DNA of 64,000 nucleotides, taken from NCBI GenBank assembly GCA_964559675.1, contig CAZLHJ010000002.1:658-64657 (forward strand), read 5' to 3'. Source of the stretch: Candidatus Woesearchaeota archaeon (GTDB taxonomy: Archaea; Nanobdellota; Nanobdellia; Pacearchaeales; GW2011-AR1). The translations under genes were made by a program, and so were the position numbers. Positions within the stretch are counted from its first letter, which is position 1; each line of letters opens with the position of its first letter. The notes beneath the pieces are model-generated. The model had not been told where the DNA came from and did no database searches. It saw only the letters and a program-made list of their open reading frames with translations. This document shows positions 17,138 to 23,775 of the stretch, one piece after another.

Positions 17138-18739
17138 TTAAATTTTCTCAATAAACTCTCTAACTAAATCTAAGACTTCTTTTTGTTTTCCAGGTACGAA
17201 GTTAAGAGATCCTGCGTTTTTATGTCCGCCGCCCTCTATAAATGCAGTCGGTAATTTTTCGTTAATAAATTTCATTAATTCTTGTACTGAGAAGTTAGCT
17301 TCGTCTGTTGCTCTAATCGTGATTGCAGTGCTTAAAACTCCTAATGTGACTAATTTTTTAACACCTTTTGTTTTTTGTAGATCGTCGTGAATTAGACCTA
17401 TAGCAATTCCAGGGCGAGGATAAAATCCAAATCCTGGAAAAGCTTTTTCAACGAATATTTTTTGAACGGTAACTTTTCCAACAGATTCTACTTCTGAGCC
17501 TGCTCTTGCCATCGCAATACCTTTTGCTTCTAATCTTCTAACATATGGGGCCATTAACTTAACAAGATTTTTTTGTTTTTCTTTCGGTTCTCCAAATATA
17601 ACTTCGATATATTCTCTTGCTTCCATAAACTTCAATTTTGCCGATACAAAATCTATTACTGTCGCGATATCATCTAAAAGAGATTTTGGATATCCTTGTT
17701 CTTCTGCTAATTTCAAATAACCATTTACAACTTCAGGGTTGTCGATTCTGTCTGCTAATGAGGCCATTGCAGATATTTGAGCCATATTTTCTACATCTGG
17801 ATTTATGAATCTTGCAACTTCAGTGCATAACATTCCTGCAGAAAATTGAGAACCAGATTCGCCCACTAGAAACGGATTAATATGTGCTAGAACTTCTTGA
17901 GAAATTACATCTTTATCGTATGCGTGGTGATCTATAACAATGAAATCCATTCCATGGACCTTACCTTGTTGAATTCCGAAAAGATCTTGTTCTGTAGAAC
18001 CGTTATCTGCGATGATTACGAGAGGCATTTTATTTGAGAACTTTGCGACGTTTCTTAAGGAAGTAGCAGTATCTCTAATTGAATCATCTATTTCATAAAA
18101 TGGTGCTGAGCAAGGAGCTCTAGTGTAATACTCCCATGCCGCCTTTTCAGAAGAATGTTGTTTTTCAATTAGGGGGATAATTGCTTTTTCTAATGCAAAT
18201 CCCGAGCTATATCCGTCTGCATCGTTATGGTGTCGGACGATTATAGGCCTATTTTGGATAATTGCTAATCTTATCTCTGTTGCAGCTTTTACAAATTCAT
18301 TTTTTAACTTGTCTAAAATTGGAGATTCGACCATAAATTCTGGAGGCTCAATACTTGCTCTTTCTCTTTCTATTTTTTTTAAATTTTCTAAAAATTCAGA
18401 TCTTTCTTCTGGAGATAATTTTGAAATTTGAGTAACTTCTCCCTCTAATGCATCCCTAAATTCCTCGATTACGACTTCTGCCTTTATTGTATCTCCTTCG
18501 TTGATATCAGGGTGTGCCCTAACACCTGCACCTTCAAATGCTTTGAGAGAAAGAGATCCAGTTCCATCAGATATAGTAAATACTGTTGGTCCTCCAGTTT
18601 GTTGGACTCTATCGATTACCCCGACTAATTTGAAAATTCTTCCTTTATGTGAAGCATTTATATCCTCAATATTAGCAACTTCTGCTTTTTGTTTTTGTGG
18701 AGGAGAACTCTTCTTTCCTTTATCAAATTTCTTTTTCAT
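17138..18739 (-). CDS. RecJ-like DHH/DHHA1 phosphoesterase with N-terminal OB-fold
   Basis: DHH motifs VRHHNDADGYSS, ADNG and IDHHA, and the DHHA1 motif GGGHKNAGS. The N-terminal ~100 aa look like an OB fold (IFKLVGVIDRVQQTGGPTVFTISDGTGSLSLKAFEG). Confidence 0.75.
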   Translation of the reverse strand: MKKKFDKGKKSSPPQKQKAEVANIEDINASHKGRIFKLVGVIDRVQQTGGPTVFTISDGTGSLSLKAFEGAGVRAHPDINEGDTIKAEVVIEEFRDALEGEVTQISKLSPEERSEFLENLKKIERERASIEPPEFMVESPILDKLKNEFVKAATEIRLAIIQNRPIIVRHHNDADGYSSGFALEKAIIPLIEKQHSSEKAAWEYYTRAPCSAPFYEIDDSIRDTATSLRNVAKFSNKMPLVIIADNGSTEQDLFGIQQGKVHGMDFIVIDHHAYDKDVISQEVLAHINPFLVGESGSQFSAGMLCTEVARFINPDVENMAQISAMASLADRIDNPEVVNGYLKLAEEQGYPKSLLDDIATVIDFVSAKLKFMEAREYIEVIFGEPKEKQKNLVKLMAPYVRRLEAKGIAMARAGSEVESVGKVTVQKIFVEKAFPGFGFYPRPGIAIGLIHDDLQKTKGVKKLVTLGVLSTAITIRATDEANFSVQELMKFINEKLPTAFIEGGGHKNAGSLNFVPGKQKEVLDLVREFIEKI

Positions 18740-18918
18740 ATATAGTAAATTGAAAGTGCTGTTAAAAACCTTTGCCTGTAATTTTTAGACTATTTTTTAT
18801 AAAGATTTGTTGTAATTTTTATTATTTAAAATGATTGAAAGTTTTTGTTATTGATCACAGGTTTAAGCATATAAAAAGCTTTAGCTAGCCTTAAATAGCC
18901 CTTTTTCGTCTATGAAAT

Positions 18919-19095
18919 ATGAGAAAAGTCAAAAATTCAAGAAAGAAAATCGAGGTAGAGCCTCCCCCCGAGAACAGTTTTGAAAAGATAGTTGATACTC
19001 TCCCGCATCAAATGATGCCTTTCTTAATCCTTAAAGCAGTAATGGGCGTAGCAACCAGCTTCTTTACATTATTTGCTGTAAGGAGGTTTATGTGA
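18919..19095 (+). CDS. Possible 58-aa tail-anchored membrane protein (not in the track)
   Basis: MRKVKNSRKKIEVEPPPENSFEKIVDTLPHQMMPFLILKAVMGVATSFFTLFAVRRFM. It ends 4 nt before the next ORF. Confidence 0.3.
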   Translation: MRKVKNSRKKIEVEPPPENSFEKIVDTLPHQMMPFLILKAVMGVATSFFTLFAVRRFM

Positions 19096-19099
19096 AAAG

Positions 19100-19327
19100 G
19101 TGATAGTCGATAATAGAAAATCTGGAATTTCCGACGATTATGAAGGAAGAATTGATGTTGATAAGGCACTAAATTCCCTTGGAGAACATCTGGTTTTAGA
19201 CCCTATGACTGGAAGACCTGTAAATTCAAGCTATAGAGAAGGAGTAGTTAGAAGATTAGCGGAAGAAAAGCAACAAGCAATGGATTCTAGGGGAACTAGT
19301 TATGTGCCTCCAAGATCTCAAATTTAA
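19100..19327 (+). CDS. Hypothetical protein (GTG start)
   Basis: Track ORF only; no recognisable motif. Confidence 0.35.
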   Translation: MIVDNRKSGISDDYEGRIDVDKALNSLGEHLVLDPMTGRPVNSSYREGVVRRLAEEKQQAMDSRGTSYVPPRSQI

Positions 19328-19395
19328 ATTTTATTTTTCGTGCTTATTAACACGAACCTTTGCCTTTGCTTAAACTTTCTAGTTCTGATTAAAAC

Positions 19396-19418
19396 ATTTA
19401 GCTTTATTAAAGCGAACT
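19396..19418 (+). repeat. 23-bp direct repeat ATTTAGCTTTATTAAAGCGAACT, copy 1
   Basis: Identical to 19827..19849. Confidence 0.9.
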
Positions 19419-19826
19419 CATTCAAAATCTTTAAAATTGTTTGAAGGTAGAAAGAATAAAAATTCTTAAATTAGAAAATTGGAGTGGGCAAGGTTAGAGA
19501 AAATTTAGAATATTTATTGGAAGTTATGAAGCCTTTGAGTGTTATGATGGCACTCAATTCAGTTTTTTTACTTACTCTAGTTTAGGTCTTCTTGCAATTT
19601 CGACATTTTATGGAGTAGAATCGGCCAACATGTCCCAAACACAACTATTTGCAACTTCATTAATGCATATAGGTTTAAGAGGAGGAATATATAATATATT
19701 TTCAAAAAATTCTTTGAATTATAAGAAAAAAGCAGATCAATTACAAAGAAGACAGGATTTGGCAACTAGGTGGTAATTAAAACGAACTTTCTACCTATGC
19801 TAAAAGTTTTTGTTTTTTGCATAAAG

Positions 19827-19849
19827 ATTTAGCTTTATTAAAGCGAACT
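19827..19849 (+). repeat. 23-bp direct repeat ATTTAGCTTTATTAAAGCGAACT, copy 2
   Basis: Identical to 19396..19418. It lies 42 nt upstream of the ATG at 19891. Confidence 0.9.
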
Positions 19850-19890
19850 TGTTTGGAAAAGAATATAAGTTTAGAAATTCTTGATAGTTT

Positions 19891-20145
19891 ATGAGTCTTG
19901 AAAAATTAAATCAATCTGAGTATGGAAATTTTAGAATGGTTGGAAATGAAAGCTTACCTATCTATTATGAGGTTGTAAATCCCTTAAAAAATCAGTGGAA
20001 TAGGGCTCAAAAATTAATTGATGAAAATGCACCTCAAAGAGCAACTCATTATAGGATTCCAAAAAACTCTGGAGGAGATCCGATTATAACGGATGATCTT
20101 AATGATAGAATTTTAGTTGAATATTTTATGAGAAAAAGCAGTTAA
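19891..20145 (+). CDS. Hypothetical protein
   Basis: Track ORF. A TATA-like AATATAAG lies about 25 nt upstream of the ATG, suggesting a leaderless transcript. Confidence 0.4.
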   Translation: MSLEKLNQSEYGNFRMVGNESLPIYYEVVNPLKNQWNRAQKLIDENAPQRATHYRIPKNSGGDPIITDDLNDRILVEYFMRKSS

Positions 20146-20257
20146 ATTTAGGTAGAAAAGTACCTGAAAATCTGAAATTTTTCAAAAAGAGGTCAAAAGT
20201 TCGTGTTAACCTTGTCAAAGGTTCTCTTAATGCATCTTGTGCGAACCATTGTTAAAA

Positions 20258-20512
20258 TTAATACTCATACATTTCATTCCAAGCATTTTCTGCCTTTTTT
20301 GAGAGTTTATCTGCTAAGGAAGGATTACTGCCCCTTACAATTTCTGAGCGAAACTTGTAAATGTCAGATTTTGCACAATAGTAGCTTGCCCTGTCATCTG
20401 AATCTATGTGGATTCCATTTAAAAAATCAGAATATATTTCTCTTATAGTCTTAATAGCAGCAAGATAGAAAATTTTTTTAAGACCTTCTGCTGTTTTTTT
20501 GTCGACTTCCAT
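20258..20512 (-). CDS. Hypothetical helical protein
   Basis: Track ORF. The TATA-like TTAAATAC lies about 17-24 nt upstream of the ATG. Confidence 0.4.
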   Translation of the reverse strand: MEVDKKTAEGLKKIFYLAAIKTIREIYSDFLNGIHIDSDDRASYYCAKSDIYKFRSEIVRGSNPSLADKLSKKAENAWNEMYEY

Positions 20513-20564
20513 TAGAGGTTCTAAGGTTTAGAGTATTTAATGATTATTGTAAAATATTGAGCGT

Positions 20565-20610
20565 ACTCGGCGCTTCGCGCCTCATGAAATAATAGTAGCT
20601 AATTTTTAGG
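20565..20610 (+). repeat. ~46-bp repeat with GC hairpin core, copy A
   Basis: ACTCGGCGCTTCGCGCCTCATGAAATAATAGTAGCTAATTTTTAGG. The core is GGCGC-TTC-GCGCC. Confidence 0.85.
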
Positions 20611-20743
20611 AAATTAACGCGAACTCTGGAATTTTTATATTAATTTTATGATAGAAAGTTCGTTTTATATTTATGCTGGAAGAAATTAGAAATGATAGAA
20701 AGTTTTAGCGCTGGATTTATTAAAAATAAAGAAAAAGGATAAA

Positions 20744-20965
20744 TCAATATTTTGATCTATCCATAGGAGACATTAGTTTAGATATAAGGAAAATCATCCA
20801 AATACCTGAAAGACCTACTAATAGGTAAATGATTAATTCGGCTGTTGGCCACGCTCCAAATATTAGATTTACTAAATTGAAGCCAAAAGCTACTAGTCCC
20901 CAATTAATCGCCCCTATGATTACAAGCACTGTTGCAATCCAGTCAATCGCATTTAAGTTTCTCAT
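20744..20965 (-). CDS. DUF378-type two-TM small membrane protein
   Basis: AIDWIATVLVIIGAINWGLVAFGFNLV...LLVGLSGIW matches the DUF378 pattern as I remember it. It is a paralogue of 21355..21567. Confidence 0.7.
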   Translation of the reverse strand: MRNLNAIDWIATVLVIIGAINWGLVAFGFNLVNLIFGAWPTAELIIYLLVGLSGIWMIFLISKLMSPMDRSKY

Positions 20966-21019
20966 GGAAAAAGTAATGCGTGAAGATTTATTAAAACTCG
21001 TGGTATTTTTAGAACAAAA

Positions 21020-21295
21020 TTATTTTTGTTTTTCTATTTGTTTTTCCTCTTTTTTTCTTCTCCTGAATTCAAGGTTTTGTGCCTTTTGAGAAGCTTTCCC
21101 TATGTATATAGTTACTAAGACTGCTAAAATTGTAACAACTAATGCGTATCCCCAAGGGCCACTTTTTGCTAGGAAACCTAAGGGAGCTCCTTCCTGGAAT
21201 AAAGATTGAATTGCATTATTCCATGCAAGGGCGGCTACCAACCCAAAAGCAGCAGTTGATAATGAGGCGAGTTTTTCTATAACTTCTTTTTTCAT
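21020..21295 (-). CDS. Small membrane protein with AAFGLVAALAWNNAI motif (DUF5654-like)
   Basis: Starts at the internal Met (MKKEVIEKLASLSTAAFGLVAALAWNNAIQSLF). It shares this motif with 21705..22019 and 22022..22276. Confidence 0.6.
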   Translation of the reverse strand: MKKEVIEKLASLSTAAFGLVAALAWNNAIQSLFQEGAPLGFLAKSGPWGYALVVTILAVLVTIYIGKASQKAQNLEFRRRKKEEKQIEKQK

Positions 21296-21354
21296 TTTGA
21301 TAATTAAAAGGTTAAATAAAAAGGTTAAATAAAAATAAAGGTTTTTGTCCAAAT

Positions 21355-21567
21355 TTACTTGAACAACTTAACTAATAACCATAGACCGGATAAACCTACC
21401 AATAGGTAAACTATTGCTGCTACTGCTGGCCATGATCCGAAGACTATAGCTACAAGATCCCAACTGTAATCTATAGCAGAGAAACTGTTTAATCCTACAA
21501 GGCCCCAGTTTAATGCTCCTATGATTACAAGAATAGATGCTATCCAATCAATTGCGCTTCTTTCCAT
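21355..21567 (-). CDS. DUF378-type two-TM small membrane protein
   Basis: AIDWIASILVIIGALNWGLVGLN...LLVGLSGLW. Confidence 0.7.
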   Translation of the reverse strand: MERSAIDWIASILVIIGALNWGLVGLNSFSAIDYSWDLVAIVFGSWPAVAAIVYLLVGLSGLWLLVKLFK

Positions 21568-21670
21568 TTTAAAAACCTCCTTTCATAATGATATTATTTT
21601 GAGGTTTTTGTGCTTTTTATTTGTTTTGGGTTGGTAAAAATGTGTTTAGAAAAAGAAAAACAGGTGTTGA

Positions 21671-21689
21671 GGTGTTTGGACAGGTGTTT
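21671..21689 (+). repeat. 19-mer GGTGTTTGGACAGGTGTTT, copy 1
   Basis: Exact 19-mer in the spacer between two small-membrane-protein genes. Confidence 0.9.
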
Positions 21690-21704
21690 TATCGACGATA
21701 TAGT

Positions 21705-22019
21705 TTATAGGTAGGGTTTATCTTGTAAGTATTTTGAGGTGATTAGGATAATAATAATACCTAAAATAGTCATAAATGTGGCAGTTAAAGCTTGAGATGA
21801 AAGGGCAGATTCTGCTTGATAAAAGTGAGCGAGAATAGCTTGAAAAAAGGTGAAAATAACCTCCCTCCAGACAAATGCAATTGTGAACCCGATAGTCACA
21901 ATGATTAGAAGTCGCATTTGTTTTTTGAATTCTTTTTTGTAATAGTGGCTGACCTGGAATGCGTCTGAGACTCTGTTTTTTAAAGATTTATGACTTGGAG
22001 TTATACGTCTGAATACCAT
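21705..22019 (-). CDS. Small membrane protein, paralogue of 21020..21295
   Basis: FKKQMRLLIIVTIGFTIAFVWREVIF plus a C-terminal TM segment. Confidence 0.55.
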   Translation of the reverse strand: MVFRRITPSHKSLKNRVSDAFQVSHYYKKEFKKQMRLLIIVTIGFTIAFVWREVIFTFFQAILAHFYQAESALSSQALTATFMTILGIIIILITSKYLQDKPYL

Positions 22020-22021
22020 TT

Positions 22022-22276
22022 TTATTTATCTTTTAGAATTTTAGATGTGAGAAATAAAATTATTACTGCAAAAAGAGTGATTGCTAACGCAGTTATGGAT
22101 TCTGTCAAGACAAACTCTGTTGAATTGATTATTTGTCCAATTAGATTCTGTGCAGAATTATAGATTGCATTTCTCCATGCGAAAGCTACAGTAAAACCAA
22201 TTGCTGCGATGATTGCAAGCCTTAATTGTCTCTTGAATTCTTTTTTGAAGGACTTTTTTGTCTTGAATACTTTCAT
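22022..22276 (-). CDS. Small membrane protein, paralogue of 21020..21295
   Basis: FKRQLRLAIIAAIGFTVAFAWRNAIYN plus a C-terminal TM segment. A GGTGA Shine-Dalgarno-like element lies 5 nt upstream of the ATG at 22276. The track start at 22285 is an alternative. Confidence 0.6.
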   Translation of the reverse strand: MKVFKTKKSFKKEFKRQLRLAIIAAIGFTVAFAWRNAIYNSAQNLIGQIINSTEFVLTESITALAITLFAVIILFLTSKILKDK

Positions 22277-22342
22277 TTTTATCACCTAATTTCTCTCAAA
22301 ATTGTATAAGGATAGTTGGTTTTTATATGTATTGTACGGCGC

Positions 22343-22389
22343 ACTCGGCGCTTCGCGCCTCATGGAATAATTGTGGCTAAATTTGTAAG
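22343..22389 (+). repeat. ~46-bp repeat with GC hairpin core, copy B
   Basis: ACTCGGCGCTTCGCGCCTCATGGAATAATTGTGGCTAAATTTGTAAG. The first 22 nt are identical to copy A. Confidence 0.85.
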
Positions 22390-22428
22390 ATTGTGGGGCG
22401 CGAGAGTTCGTTTAATTTTACATAAAAA

Positions 22429-22447
22429 GGTGTTTGGACAGGTGTTT
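22429..22447 (+). repeat. 19-mer GGTGTTTGGACAGGTGTTT, copy 2
   Basis: Exact copy in the divergent spacer 22286..22718. Confidence 0.9.
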
Positions 22448-22551
22448 GAAACAATTGTAAAAGATTAAAAGTTTTAGCTAAGATTAGATTAAATGAGTTT
22501 TTTAGGTGTTTTTTTATAAATTTATTTATCGTCGATAAACAGGTGTTTTGG

Positions 22552-22570
22552 GGTGTTTGGACAGGTGTTT
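22552..22570 (+). repeat. 19-mer GGTGTTTGGACAGGTGTTT, copy 3
   Basis: Exact copy in the same spacer. Confidence 0.9.
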
Positions 22571-22718
22571 TTATTAATTATAGGGGTGTTTAAAAATTAT
22601 TTTTGTTTTTTTTGTGGTGTTTGGTGGTGTTTTTTTAATCTTTTATTAAAAAACAAATTTGGTATTTTTACGGCTTCTAGTAGTAAAATTTATAAAGAAT
22701 GCTGTTTAAAATAAGAGT

Positions 22719-23327
22719 ATGTTTTTCTGGAATTCAAAAAAAAGAATTGAGAAGATTGAGGAAAATACTCAAAAAGGATTTGATTCTGTAAAAAAGGATA
22801 TGGATGTGATTGGAAAATGGATTAAACACCTTGATAGGCAAGACAAACAGGTGTTTGATATTTTAAATTCTTTAAAATTGGATTTATCGTCTATTCAAGA
22901 AGAGGTTGAAAGTTTAAGAGAAGCGGTTGATTTAATTTCTGATTCTGAAAAAAACAAACAGGTGTTTAAAAAATTGCCTGTTTTGAGTAAACAGACAGGT
23001 GTTGAAGGTGTTCAAAAAGCTGTCCAAACAGCTGTCCAAACAGACAATTTTTACGAAATTTTCAAAAACTTAAGTGGAAATGAAAAAATTTTAATTTTGG
23101 CACTCATGCAAGCGGATATGAAGTTGAGTTATGAAGATTTGTCTTTAATGTTGGGAAAAGAGAGATCAACAATAAGGGGACAAGTAAATGCGATTAAGCA
23201 GAAAAATGAGGGTTTGATTGAAGAAATTGTTGAAAAATCGGGTAAAAAAAGAGTATATATTCCTGAAGAAATTAAGGAAAAACTGTCAAAATACGCAAAA
23301 GTGAGAGTTAAAAAGAGGAAGAATTGA
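22719..23327 (+). CDS. Coiled-coil / short-repeat / C-terminal winged-helix protein (family member 1)
   Basis: N-terminal coiled coil (GFDSVKKDMDVIGKWIKHLDRQ). The centre holds KQVF and AVQT repeats. The C-terminal wHTH-like part reads LSGNEKILILALMQADMKLSYEDLSLMLGKERSTIRGQVNAIKQK. Confidence 0.6.
   Translation: MFFWNSKKRIEKIEENTQKGFDSVKKDMDVIGKWIKHLDRQDKQVFDILNSLKLDLSSIQEEVESLREAVDLISDSEKNKQVFKKLPVLSKQTGVEGVQKAVQTAVQTDNFYEIFKNLSGNEKILILALMQADMKLSYEDLSLMLGKERSTIRGQVNAIKQKNEGLIEEIVEKSGKKRVYIPEEIKEKLSKYAKVRVKKRKN
23020..23042 (-). repeat. Tandem inverted copies of the TGTTTGGACAG core inside CDS 22719..23327
   Basis: The plus strand reads CTGTCCAAACAGCTGTCCAAACA, which is the reverse complement of TGTTTGGACAG twice. 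Confidence 0.85.
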
Positions 23328-23344
23328 GGTTAAACGAACTTAAA

Positions 23345-23628
23345 ATGGCTAAAAACATGAAAAGTGAGAGTTATTCTGAAAGAAAATCGTCTAATTTTCA
23401 AGAAAAGTTACAAGAAGTGAGAGATATTTTGAGAAAATTGGATGTAATAGATAGGTGGAAAGCAGGTGTAAAAAATTTGAAAGATTTTGAATAAAAATGA
23501 TCAAAAAAAGAGAAAAAAAGCTAATAGATTGGAAGAGTTGAGTGAAAAATTCAAAAAGTGAGGGAATATTGGAAAGAGAGATCAATTTTCCTGAGGAATT
23601 GAGTGAAAAACTAGAAAGTGTGAGCTAA
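23345..23628 (+). pseudogene. Decayed third copy of the coiled-coil/wHTH family
   Basis: 23345..23494 encodes a 49-aa N-terminal fragment; LQEVRDILRKLDVIDRWKAGV resembles VKKDMDVIGKWIKHL. 23542..23628 encodes ...SEGILEREINFPEELSEKLESVS*, which resembles the member-1 C-terminus NEGLIEEIVEKSGKKRVYIPEEIKEKLS. The wHTH middle part is missing. Confidence 0.45.
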
Positions 23629-23775
23629 AGATATTTGGCTTTATATGGTCTAAAAAGCCTAAATTTGAGGCTTTTGGAGTGTTTCACAATTGGAGAAATG
23701 AAAATAGACATAATTGTAATTAGATATTCGTTTAAAAGAATAACTAAAATAAATTTTAGATAAAATAGTAATTTT

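Noticed and set aside
19577-19765. 62-aa minus-strand ORF
   Set aside because: The translation is low-complexity (Phe/Leu/Ile-rich). It lies opposite a plus-strand frame that is open from 19498 to 19776 and contains a possible 48-aa ATG-initiated ORF. Neither is well supported, so I did not list either as a feature.
20203-20448. 81-aa plus-strand ORF
   Set aside because: It is the shadow of 20258..20512 (minus), which has a better start context and a helical, charged composition. 20829..21089 is likewise the shadow of the DUF378-type and neighbouring genes.
20569-20581. GGCGC-TTC-GCGCC hairpin as a tRNA T-arm fragment or att site of an integrated element
   Set aside because: The loop is 3 nt rather than the 7-nt T-loop. 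No acceptor or anticodon arm sequence flanks it. No integrase is present, and the bracketed segment is only 1.8 kb of small membrane-protein genes.
21660-22640. CRISPR array as an explanation for the GGTGTTT-type repeats
   Set aside because: The repeat units are 7-19 nt, irregularly spaced and partly abutting. They have no uniform spacers, and no cas genes are nearby.
23640-23690. Alternative hairpins GGCTTT...AAAAGCC...AGGCTTTT between the decayed paralogue and the 23776..24561 gene
   Set aside because: Short A/T-rich stems in a convergent terminator region. This is plausible as a termination structure but indistinguishable from chance by eye.
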